From the NCBI RefSeq assembly GCF_009914755.1, contig NC_060932.1: 64,000 nt of DNA. One strand, written 5' to 3'. This document shows positions 1 to 12,117 of the stretch, piece by piece (the stretch's first letter is position 1; every line of letters starts with the position of its first letter). The DNA is from the human T2T-CHM13v2.0 reference genome, Homo sapiens. A program made the position numbers and the translations under genes. Below the pieces are notes generated by a model, which ran no database searches, was not told the DNA's origin, and saw only the letters and a list, made by a program, of their open reading frames with translations.

Positions 1-2236
1 CCACCATTAACAGCACTAAACCCAACGTACTCACAAACAACAGCTGCATGAAAAGGCCAAGCTTAGTATCATGTGTAATTTATGAGAGCTTGTTAAAACA
101 CATACATGCACACAAAGTTGAATGAATAATACCAGGTGATGGTTAGGAAACAGAAAATTCCTGAAGCATCTCTTCTTTTTAATGAAGTATCAAAAATACT
201 GTTTTATTAAAATCGGGAGAAAAAAGGCTTTAGGCCAAGTGTGTTGGGCTGGCCTTGCAACTCTACTTCGGTTACAAATTTAAAGGCCAAAGAGTTAGAG
301 ATTGTGTATATGGGTATGTGTGTTGCAGGGTGGGGTGTGGGACATGTCAATACAATAGGTAAAATGAATGGTGGATTGTGTCTGGGATAATGTGGCATAT
401 TTTATCTCAAATCCCAACCTTATCTCCCAATAGGAGATTTGGATCATGAGCAAGATTTGGCTTAGGCTAGTTTTCAATTCCCAGGATTCCAGCTCCTTCA
501 TAGCACCACCCTTATGCTTACTAATCCCTTCATCTTTAAGACACCTGGATAATGAGCTATCTGCATGGTTGGAAATAGTCTGGGTTTGTTCTAAATTTTA
601 CATTAGATAACAGGTCAGCACAAAATAATGGGAGGGGGAAATTAGAAAACATTAAGTCTTATTTCATGTCATGTGATACAGTATATATGTATTTTTTTTA
701 ATAAAAGAAAGTGACATATATTGTAGTTCAATTGGATATTTACATTTCATGTAGACCATAATGGTAGCGGTAATTATAGAAATCTTAGCAACTTTCAAAG
801 GAAATTTTTCCCAGCAAGATGACTGACAAAATTTTTGAAAGTAATAGAGAGAAACTGAGGCATAAAATTTACCTGAAAGCAGTCCTGTTTAAATTGGACA
901 AAATAATTACCTTTTCTTACATCCCTCTTTTAGAGTTTTCCTAATATCATTTAATACATAGATAGTACTAGAAAGAAAAAGACATTTTAAATTAAGACCA
1001 ATGTGAAGCATTATACCAATTTAGTATCATTTTGCCCATTACCCTTATAGAAACTAAAAATAGAATGAGTGCTCAGAGTTTGTACTGTAACTGCCTGCCA
1101 CTTACATGGGATAACTATTTTTAGTTCCATCGTCCTTATTAAAGGCTTTCATTATGAGTTCATTTATGGAAATGTTATCTCACAGAGTTTTTTTTGGAGA
1201 CTTTTCTGAGATCTCAAAATGAGGTCTCAGAAACATGATTAGAACATAGTCATTTAGTTTCCCAGCAAATGCTGATCCTTTCCAGGAAAGTTCTATAAAT
1301 AAGGAACCAAAGCTGGTTGTCAGTAATTTGAAGTAGCTGGGTTGGACCGTGAATATTAATATGTAAATTATAGCTTGTGCCATCTATACACAACCAGGAT
1401 TGTATGCATATCTTCCCATGGTTTATTTTAAGTCTGAATTTGCATACAAACACTGGTCTAATTGAGTTTTTAAAAAAAATTCTTAAGAGATGCCATGTGT
1501 TACTTAAAGATGTTTTGTTTTGAAACTTTGTGATAGGTAAGATCCACTAATGTTTGTAAAATTTACCATTTGTAGGAAATATTCTATTCTCAGTAATTCC
1601 TGGTGAAAGTGGTAGGTGGGTTAGAGATCATAAAATCCAGTCTTCACGGGACCAAGCTGGAACATGGCTGGGTAGCTGGTGGGGTAGTGACAGCCCTGCT
1701 TCAAGGAGAGATCAGAAATGAGGGATGAGACTGAGTGCAAAGTCAAGGTCAACACAGGCTAATCTTGGCTTTTGGCTACTTTTCTGTAAAGAGTAATGTT
1801 TCTCTATTTGAAGGAGTGATTTTAATTCAGAAGTATATTGGAAAAGTGAAAGAATTCCTAGAGAAAAGTTAATCCCAGACAAGATAGTGAATGACATATA
1901 GTTTATTATCCAGTGACCTTTAGCACAACAACTACACATATGCGCAAGCATAACTGCTGGGCTGCTCTGGAGTTCGCCAGAAACCCCTTGCCCTTAGTTT
2001 GAAGGAGGGAAAGAAATATCTGTAATTATTGCTCTATATCCTTTGCTTTTGACATAATTGATTCTCTGGCATTTAAAATTTATATCCACTCGCCCATAGG
2101 ATTCTTTTAACTCTTTCATTGTTTATTTCCTTGTATAAGAACAGGTCTGCTAGTCAGAGAGAATGTTGAGTATCTTTCATAATCCTTGTCTTTATGGGAC
2201 CAAACATTTCTGCCTTGTGCTAGAAAGATTTTTCAG

Positions 2237-2305
2237 CCCAGCCCCAGGCAACCACCATTCATTCTACTCTCTGCTTCTATGAGTTTGACTATTTTAGTTA
2301 CCTCA
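2237..2305 (-). repeat. 69-bp L1M-derived fragment, near-identical direct copy of 3955-4023
   Basis: 65/69 identity to 3955-4023; both carry 'ccattcatt'. Confidence 0.8.
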
Positions 2306-4024
2306 CAAATGCTTTTGCTGCATTTGTTTTGTATTTTAATTACACCGTTTGATGGCAATGCTAGAAATTTAGGAGCTACAGCTCCTCTCTAACATGAATG
2401 CTATCTTGTCAATGCCTTCAGAAGAATAAAGATCATAATTCTTTCTTTTACATTGTGATTTCTATAAGAATAGTTTCCTATCTTCCTGGATCTAGATGGA
2501 AGATATTAACTTTCAGACTAACTGTTCACTGGACAATTTTTCTTTCATTATTCCTAAGGTCTTTATTGTACATATGATGGTGTCTCCAATAGTTAAATAT
2601 GCCTCTAACTACAACATATAATTTAAACTCATACCTCACCTGGGATTATATTGATGATTTTTGGTTCAACTATTTCTCAAATTTGAGATGCTATTCAGAA
2701 TTTAAGTGAGGTCTAATACCATAGGCAGGGATTAGAAGTCCAGGCCAGAAGTCTGAAGTCATCAACTTGGGTTCTGTTGATGTGAAGTGAATTGGATCAC
2801 ACAGAGATAGACATGGCCACAGTCAGGTGTGATACTTGATGTGCCTATGCTTTGCCTCTTAGCCAGTTCTTAGTCATTCCATGCACCGTGCTCCTTAGTA
2901 GAAGAGAGAACCCTTCAGGTAGACTTCTGTGAAATCCTCACAAGGCACAGAAATTTAATGGCATTTCTGAGAGTCACAAGGGTTCTGTGAAGTAGAAATT
3001 ATGCTCTCATTACATTAGCTTAATGCTGAGTATATTGGGACTCTTGTAAATGGACATTTTGTTCATGGATATTTTGTTTTAGCAATTTAAAGAATGTTAA
3101 CTAGCTTAATATTTTAGAGTGAACATTTTAAAGTGATAAAGAAAAATAAGAAACTTTCTTATCTCAATTAAAAATATATATGTATTTTTGGTCCACACAA
3201 ATCACATCACCCAAATAATTCAGAGCACTTTGCTAGAAAAGGCAAGACAAGGTGTTTCTGAGAGTGTCTCCGCATTTAGATAGACTATTTAGTTCCATAC
3301 TTAGAGATCATCCACTAGGGTTTCTTTGAGCTTGGTGAAGAATATTCAGCAACTTGCCTAAGCTCTGGGAATGTGAGCATCAGTTATGAATATAGGTCAT
3401 CTCAGTTTGTGCACAGCACACTTTCTGTCAGTCCAATATAAACTTGTATGAGTAGATCTGTTTATTGTGATAACTACAACTTATATTAACTTGTTGACAT
3501 GCTTTTTCTAACTTATTTTCTTGGGTCTGCATTTTTCAAAGATCAAAATTTCTGCATCTTCAGCACAAGTAGATTGAAGAACACATAATACGGATAGTGA
3601 TTAGGAACATTCAGGCATGGGGAACGGGTGACATATTGTTTACTGTGTTTAAAAGATGTGTTATAAATTTCACTTAGTCAAACTAACTTGATGAAATCAA
3701 GATAGCCTATGAGGAAGAATAAGCTCTGCAACTTACATTTTTATATGGGAAGAAATAATGAGTCAGTCTTCTTGAAGTTTTTTACATTATTATAGTAAGA
3801 ACATTTAAGATGAGATATACCCTTTTAACACTTTACATTTTAAGTGTTCAATATAGCATTGTTAACTCTAGATAGGACGTTTCATAGAAGATCTTAGCAT
3901 CTGACGTAACTGAAACTGCATGCATCGAATAGCATCTCCCCATTTCTCCCACTTCCCAGCCCCAGGCAACCACCATTCATTTTACTCTCTGCTTCTGTGA
4001 GTTTGACTATTTTACATACCTCAT

Positions 4025-4712
4025 TGATAATGGTTTGGATGTTTGTCCTCTCCAAATCGCATGTAGAAACATGATTCCCATTGTTGGAGATGGGGTCTAA
4101 TGGGAGGAGATTGGATCGTGGGGGCAGATCCCTCATGAATGGCTTAGTACCATCTCCTTGGTGATAAGTAAGTTTTTGCTCTGAGTTCATGTGAGATCTG
4201 GTTGTTTAAAAGTGTGTAGCACCTCCCCAACCGATCTCTTCCCCTTTTGCCTTCCACCATGATTATGAGCTTCCTGAGGCCCTCACTAGAAATAGATGCT
4301 GGAGCCGTGGTGGTACAGCATGCAGGACTGTGAATCAATTAAACCTCTTTTATTTCTTAAATTACCCAGCCTCAGGTATTTCTTTTCTTTCTTTTTTTTT
4401 TTTTTTTTGAGATGGACTGTCACTCTGTCACTCAGGCTGGAGTGGAGTGGCTCACTGCAACCTTCGCCTCCCGGGTTCAAGCAATTCTTCTGCCTCTGCC
4501 TCCTGAGTAGCTGGGACTACAGGTGTGTGTGCCCACGCCCAGCTAATTTTTGTATTTTTGGTAGAGACAGGGTTTCACCATATTAGCCAGGCTGCTCTTG
4601 AACTTCTGACCTTGTGATCTGCCCGCCTCAGGCTCCCAAAGTGCTGGGATTACAGGCGTGAGGCGCTGCGCCTAACCATATTTCTTTATAGTAATGCAAA
4701 TGGCCTAACACA
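4025..4712 (+). mobile_element. MST (MSTA/MSTB-like, ERVL-MaLR) solo LTR interrupted by an Alu
   Basis: Starts tgataatggtttggatgtttgtcc, ends ggcctaacaca; 5-bp TSD ctcat/cttat. Confidence 0.85.
4382..4677 (-). mobile_element. AluS (Sg/Sc-like)
   Basis: Poly-T followed by antisense Alu dimer; TSD about tatttcttt; ~10-bp deletion in the right arm. Confidence 0.95.
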
Positions 4713-4959
4713 CTTATGTAAGTGAAATCATGCAGCATTTGTCGTTCTTGACTGGGTTATTTCCTTTAGTGTGATGTCTTCCAGGCACATCCACATTGTC
4801 GCATATAATGAAGTTTTAATAACTGTTCTAAGACTTAGCTGAAGTCAAATGGAATGCTTCTGGTACTTCCCTCATAGCTTATCTCCTGGCCTTGACTATG
4901 GCCATTTCCTATTCCCACCCTGCTCTCCAAGGTGGTATTCTAGCCATCCTTCAAGGTCC

Positions 4960-5230
4960 TGTGCGAATACCATCTCCTCTAGGAAGGCTTCCTTTGGTTT
5001 CAAGGCAGAGTTCAATCGTACCCCATCTGAAAACCAATGACACTTTGGAGTACCTCATGATAGCCCTTCACAAACCCCTTTAATGTGACTGTGTGTGTAT
5101 CGTCTCTCTACAGTGAGAATAAAAGCTCCAAAGCCAGGAACTATATCTTCCTCACTTCCTCATTCTCCATGGGACCTTGCGTTTAATAATTTAACGAAAA
5201 TTCAACAAGTATCTGTTGATGGATAAATAA
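4960..5230 (+). mobile_element. L2 3' fragment
   Basis: Degenerate L2 3' motifs ending caacaagtatctgttgatggataaa. Confidence 0.5.
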
Positions 5231-5394
5231 TCATGGAAAATAAATTCCAGACGAGGTCAGATAAAGTGGATTATATGGGTAAACATTGTGGAAAGTAAGC
5301 TTTTCGAAATATTGTAACTGGTGAAAAGTTGTCCATCATAGTTAATGGGCTACCTGAGCAAATACCTTTCCTGAGCTTTTTCTTGAATTCATAG

Positions 5395-5727
<333 letters not shown>

Positions 5728-6979
5728 AGGTCATCACGTTTAGCCTCTCAGTCCTCTATGTTAGAAAACAGTAATCCAAAAAAAAATGATTTCTTTAATG
5801 CTAGATAGTGGCTGAAGTAGGACTAGAACTCAAGTATTTTAAAGCCTGCTTCACATTTCTTGTTACTAAGCTGCACTGCCTCCCACACATGGCCTATTTT
5901 GGTCTCTAAACTGTCATGAAAACAGATGCTAGGTCCCTGTCAAAATGTTTGTGTATTTCTGGGTGTGAAAAGGTATGTGTGTGTATGTGTGTGTTTGTGT
6001 CTGTGCTCATGTGCATGGATCCCTGGTGGAGGGGAGAGAAAGGCAATTTGTAGCTGCAGACTTCTGTCATTGCACGCAGCACACTCTGCCATGGTGAGTT
6101 CATACTCCACAGCAACAGAACAGCTGCTGCAAAGGGTTGGTGTGCTATTTTCATCTTGGGTGTGTGTTTTGCATCAGGCTCTTGGCAATGGCAAGAGTAA
6201 ACCTCTGTAAAGAACACCTTCTTAACCTTTTACTGTTACCCACACTTAGTCAACAGAAACAATATGTTTAACAGGAGTTTTTCCTGCTGGACAGTTAAAT
6301 ATGCAGTTCTTGCATATGAAACATGAATATTTTGTTCCCTTCTGTGGAATAGCAATAATAATAACACTACTAGTAATACCAGCTAAAATATTTTAAGTGC
6401 TTATTTCAAACGGAAAATTTTTTTTTTAAATGCCAGATTTTTTCTCTCTAGGGCAACAGTCATCTTGTATAACTTTGAATTCACACTAAAATCCTCTGTA
6501 GCAACATAAAGATAGAAAAATCCTCCTTTCAGCAATATGGCACTGTGTGCAATGAGCAAATGCAATGATATAGAAGGAAGATTGAGTTTAAGAGTATCAG
6601 CAGCAAAGTGACAGAAACGCTCATACATTAAAAACTAAAAATTAGACTTAATTGGTTATAGGTGGGAGGAGCCTATTACTTTTGGTGAGGACACATATAG
6701 GTGGGAAAAAGAGAAAGAAAAAAAGAACATATCTATGACAGGAAGCTTCACAGATTTCATTTTCATAATACTTTTTGAGACTAAAGGAAATAGAACATTT
6801 TCTGTCATATGTGTTCCAAGTAATGTCATTCTGTTTCTCATTTGTCTTTTGACCTGGCTGTATAATGTATGTGGTGAAACAGAACTCCTTTATTATTAAT
6901 TTTTTAGTGGCTACATTAGTAACTCTTTTCCTGACAATTATGAGGAAGCTCTTGTATATTGACAAGAGCATAAATCTAT

Positions 6980-7150
6980 CAACAGCCAGGTTCATACATA
7001 GAGTCCACCTCTTAAAGGTTATAAGATACTGGGCAAGTCATTTCATTTCTTTAAACCTGTTTCCTCATCTGTGAAATGCTGATAGAATCATACCTTACAT
7101 AGATCAGATGTAAATAAAATAGTCGTAAGTTAGCGCTCAGGAAATTATAG
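6980..7150 (+). mobile_element. MIR
   Basis: MIR core: ctgggcaagtcatttcatttcttaaacctgtttcctcatctgtgaaatg. Confidence 0.7.
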
Positions 7151-7269
7151 TATTCTGTGCAAATCTTATTAACTTTGATTTTGTTTCATATATTGATAAA
7201 TTTACATCTAGCTGAAAATACATTGAATCATTGTCATGGACTAAATTTTAATATGTCTTAGGAAAAGAG

Positions 7270-7529
7270 TCCGGGTTGAAGTGCAGTGGTGCGATGTTGG
7301 CCCCCTGCAGCCTCCGCCTCACAGGTTCAAGTGATTCTCCTGCCTCAGCCTCCCGAGAAGCTGGGATTATAGGTGCATGCCATCAGACCCAGCTAATTTT
7401 TGTATTTTTAGTAGAGATGGGGTTTTATCATGTTGACCAGGTTGTTCTCGAACTCTTGACCTCAGGTGTTCTGCCGGCCTCAGCCTCCCAAAGTGCTGAG
7501 ATTACAGGCGTGAGCCACTGCACCGGTCC
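7270..7529 (-). mobile_element. AluS lacking the poly-A tail and ~20 nt of its 3' end
   Basis: Antisense Alu beginning at tccgggttgaagtgcagtgg with no preceding poly-T. Confidence 0.92.
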
Positions 7530-7906
7530 AGGACAAGGATATTTTTGAAACTATGAGCTTTATCATCAGAGACATTAAAACTTCAGAAGGAAAGAGACCT
7601 TTGAGTTCTTCTGAGCCAACTCCTTCCTTTTATCACTACCAACAACATGAAGTCAGAGGGAAATGACTTGCATACAGTAAGATGAGCAGGAAGAAGTGAA
7701 AGCAGATTAGGGGCTGAGGTCTTCTTAGTTTATGTCCAGAGATCTTTCCACTTCACCCACCATACTCTACATTAGTCACTACCACGACCATCATCATCAT
7801 TATGACCAAAATTAAATCTAAACAACTTTTCACCAAGTAATTCCATTTTCATGCTAAAGATCAGGCAGTTCACTTCCATTTCCTCTTTTGTCAGATGAAG
7901 GAATTG

Positions 7907-8202
7907 GGCCGGGCGCGGTGGCTCACACCTGTAATCCCAGAACTCTGGGAGGCCGAGGTGGGCGGATCACGAGGTCAGGAGATCGAGACCATCCTGGCTA
8001 ACACGGTGAAACCTGTCTCTACTAAAAATACAAAAAATTAGCCAGGCATAGTGGCGGGTGCCTGTAGTCCCAGCTACTCAGGTGGCTGAGGCAGGAGAAT
8101 GGCGTGAACCCGGGAGGCAGAGCTTGCAGTGAGCTGAGATCACGCCACTGCACTCCAGCCTAGGCGACAGAGCGAGACTTGGTCTCAAAAAAAAAAAAAA
8201 AG
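7907..8202 (+). mobile_element. AluY
   Basis: Diagnostics gagatcgagaccatcctggctaacacgg, gaatggcgtgaacc, gagcttgcagt; A-tail; TSD gaag(g/t)aattg. Confidence 0.96.
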
Positions 8203-9085
8203 AAGTAATTGGATGAGGTGATTTATGTAATTCCTACAACCTCTCAGTGCTAACAAGGCAACATTCAATGACATTTACAATGATCATGGTGGCAAGTTGG
8301 GAGAGAGAAAGGGCATTTCTGAAGTAATAATAAAATGAGTAAAATAAGATGGTAGTGCCGTGTGTTGATATTGTGAACTTTACATTTTTACTTTCTCTCA
8401 TCCAAATCACAGTAAAGGAGCTGAAATAAGATTTTAGTTAATTGGTAGCCACACATGCCCACAGGCTGGTATGCCAGGCTTTGTTTTTCTCACACTGCTG
8501 TACCATATCCAAGGCCAGAGTGAATTTCAGGTGTCATGGGCTCTACAAGGGCAAGACTGGAGTAGGAGCTAAAGTCAAGTTCCCATTGGAGAGGATTGAC
8601 CAACTGATAGAGGATGGAAACGAAGAGCCAAAGGGGAGAAGGGACAGGAAGTACTGAGATCTGAAAGCAAATTGCCTAACATTTAGAGGTGAGAATGTGA
8701 AATGAGGCCAACCAGGGCTGGTGCAGAGCCAGAACAAGGGAGGTCAGAAAGCTAAGGTGAAATTCTGGAAATAAATATGATGAGAGCTTATTGTAGGGGA
8801 GACTTTTGGGGGACTATGGCCTCGATCTGATGGGTCTGCTTGTCCCCAGTGCTCCTTCAAACATGCTCCTTGAAGCTTCATGCCTGCCTTAGACAGCCAG
8901 AGATTGAAAATGAACATATATTTTGAAAACAAAGACACTAAGACCATTCACAAAAATTCAAGAAGTAATTTTTTTAAAAAAATACAGTAACATTTAAAAA
9001 ATATATGTTATTTCACAACATATGTAAAACCATTAAAATACATTGACATCCCAACACATATTTTGGGGTGTCAAAAAAGAAATAT

Positions 9086-9405
9086 GGCAGGGTGCAGTGG
9101 CTCGTGGCTGTAATCCCAGCACTCTGGGAAGCTGAAGCAAGAGGATCGCTTGAGCCTAGTTCTAGACTAACCTGGGCAACATGGCAAAACCTTGTCTCTA
9201 CAAAAAATAGAAAAACTTAGCTGGGCCTGGTGGTGTGTGCTTGTAGTAACAGCTGCTCAAGAGGCTGAGGCAAGAGGATTGCTTGAGCCCAAGAGTTTAA
9301 GGCTGCAGTAAACTAAGCTATGATCATGACACTGCATTCCAGCCTGGGTGACAGAGCAAGACCCTGTCTCAAAAAAAAAAAAAAAAAAGAAAAAGAAAAA
9401 AAATA
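9086..9405 (+). mobile_element. AluJ
   Basis: ggatcgcttgagcc and ggctgcagt...ctatgatc diagnostics; A-rich tail. Confidence 0.92.
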
Positions 9406-9459
9406 GAAATAGTATATGTTGATAGGAAGCTTAGTGAAGAACATTAAAAAGATTTGCTT

Positions 9460-11478
9460 GAGCTCTTGGTTGCCATGGCAGAGCTGCGGGAGCTCCGGGC
9501 TCAGAAGATGGTGGACTCTATAAAGAAGCCTCTTGAGGGAGTTACATCTGGGAGTTGTAATTTTTCATGTTCAGCACCAGATGTTTTGAGGACAGGCAGG
9601 TGTTTATGCAGCAGGTGTGGCAGTGCACAGAGGACTGCCACATGCCTCTGGCTCAAGACCAAGCCTTGAGGACCACGGAGATAAAGAAGTTCCAATGCCA
9701 CCTGTCCCAGTGCACCATGCATTGCAACGACAAAGCCAGAGATTCACTAGATGCAGGGAGTGAGGATCTTTAGGCGAAGTGACAGCTGGACAGTTGTGTG
9801 ACCAAGTGTTGATCACATGCATGTCACCCTGACAATGACCAAGGAGATGAAGGAGATGTTCTCATCCACTGGGATACGTATCTTGGCCAGTAACCATCAG
9901 GGCTGAGGACAGGAATCTGTTTAACAAAAGGAAGGAGAATTTTAGTCTTTAAGGATGTGGGGAAAAGAAAGAGAGATCAGACTGTTATTGTGTCTATGTA
10001 GAAAGAAGTAGACGTGAGAGACTCCATTTTGTTTTGTACTAAGAAAAATTCTTCTGCCTTGAGATGCTGTTAATCTGTAACCCTAGCCCCAACCGTGTGC
10101 TCGCAGAGACATGTGCTGTGTTGACTCAAAGTTTAATGGATTTAGGGCTATGCAGGATGTGCATAGCCCGAGAAACACCCACAGGTGTGGAGGGGCAGGC
10201 CACCCCTTCAAAGGCAAGTGTCATGAATGAAGAAATTAAGGATAGCAACAAGTATAAGGCCTATGTCACTTGCCTTTGGACAAAGGTCCCTTTATATTTC
10301 AATCCTGGAAAGTGAAATGAAAAAACTAGTGCTAAAATTAGGATCAAAGATAGTACAGGAAAGTGTATTTAAGTCAAAATTTCATGTGGCAAGTGCTTCT
10401 CCTGGCAGCAGGAATATCCTTGTACCAAGCCAGAGCCTTCCAAGGTACAAGTTCTTTTTCACTATATAGGAACCGACAGACTGGCAGGGTCCTCTAATCT
10501 GGCTGTGATCTGGTGGAGTTTGAGGAGAGGTGTTTCTGTTTGGTGTGAGGCTCCTGTTTACCAGAAGTGTTGCTGCACCATTTTCCATAAACAATAAAAC
10601 AAAATCCATGAGATAATTCATTTAGTGGGGCAAAAAACGTTTGTTGGTCTTTGTTTTGCTTGGTTTTGTTTTATATGTACAAGGGCATAAAGTTGACTTA
10701 GGATGTGGAGTTGGGAAGGAGAGTAGTTTGGATAAGATCTTTGAAAGGTTGCTTATGGGTATCCTTTCCTGGTCATCAAGATGTGGATGTGCCTCTCTTG
10801 AAATTCTTACTCACTGCATCTTTCAGCCTGGATATGATGCAAAAACATGAGCGGTGACTTCACATTTAGGTTTGAAAGCAGAGCTTCCCTCTTATTGGCT
10901 GATGGTTCCTGAGGATGTCTGCAGCAGAGTGGCAGGACAATCTAGCAGAAATATTTTCCACTTAAAGAGATAGGGGGTTTGTGTTTGGATTTGGTTCTGA
11001 TATATACCTGTATCCAGGAATAAACAGTGAAAGAGGAACCGTTGGCTACATAATTATGAGAGTTGTGAAGTGCTGAATTTGGAAAAACCCGGCTTTCATA
11101 GAACAGAATGGAATGAAAGCCCAAACCCAGCATTGCTTACGTAGCCCCTGAATTAACAGAACCCTATTGAGATAATACCCTGCCAACAGCAAGGTCAAAG
11201 AAGAAGAAGTAAGCGACTTGGCTAGGATGAGCTGTGACTTCCTTAGAGCAAAGGAGGGGCAGCCCCATTACCAAATACCACTTTTGCCCAGGCTTTTGTG
11301 ACATGCAGTGCTCCTGCCCAGCATGGCACCTTATTTTGACAAGGACCTTGTTATCTTTCCACCAAGTTATCACTTGAAATGATAATATAGCTTGTATGTT
11401 GTTCCCAAGCTGTCGTATATTTTCCTGGTTGTTTGAATTTAACAATGAGAATAATAAGGTTTAATACTCCTCCCTAAG
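9460..11478 (+). pseudogene. FAM136A: Processed (retro)pseudogene of FAM136A; CDS-homologous part 9475-9876, followed by the complete 3'UTR
   Basis: Translations MAELRELRAQKMVDSIKKPLE, MFSTRCFEDRQVFMQQVWQCTEDCHMPLAQDQALRTTEIKKFQCHLSQCTMHCNDKARDSLDAGSEDL and LDSCVTKC..HMHVTLTMTKEMKE match FAM136A as recalled. No introns; stops at 9558 (TAA), 9771 (TAG) and 9780 (TGA) plus frameshifts; 13-bp TSD aaaagatttgctt at 9447-9459 and 11479-11491. The symbol names the parent gene, not this locus. Confidence 0.92.
9956..10210 (+). mobile_element. HERV-K(HML-2) LTR5 (LTR5B/5A-like) solo LTR with a large internal deletion
   Basis: Starts tgtggggaaaagaaagagagatcagactg, ends cacccacaggtgtggaggggcaggccaccccttca; flanks aagga/aaggc; 255 bp versus ~1 kb for a full LTR5. 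Confidence 0.92.
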
Positions 11479-11788
11479 AAAAGATTTGCTTATTTCCCAA
11501 TTTGAAATTACTTTGCTAAGAGGGATATAATGAGTTCTATAGTGAAACAAGTATGTGTTTTATCCTAATTTCTGAAATTATTCCTGAAAATTCAAGTCCA
11601 TTGTTTGTCTCCCACCCTATCCTTTGGTTCTGTCACCTCAGAACTAACACCTTGACAAAGTGTTTCTTTTTTGTCCTTCTACCCTCCCCGCAAAAGTTTA
11701 TTTTTTAATAAATCGTTTCTGGCACCAACCCAAACCACAATTACTTAAAAAGAAAAAAAAAATAGCCCAGGATTCCATTTACTTATAA

Positions 11789-12117
<329 letters not shown>

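Larger units (their letters stand above)
3770..4815 (-). mobile_element. Old L1M (L1MA/MB-type) 3' fragment, interrupted by an MST LTR
   Basis: Antisense L1 3'UTR motifs (catttaagatgagat..., ggcaaccaccattc..., gtaagtgaaatcatgcag) that continue across the LTR. Confidence 0.75.

Noticed and set aside
9567-9773. Residual FAM136A-like ORF as a functional gene
   Set aside because: Flanked by stops and frameshifts, heavily substituted, and no promoter evident; treated as part of the pseudogene.
9956-10210. Possible SVA SINE-R
   Set aside because: No env remnant, VNTR or poly-A, and the U5 terminus is present, which SINE-R lacks.
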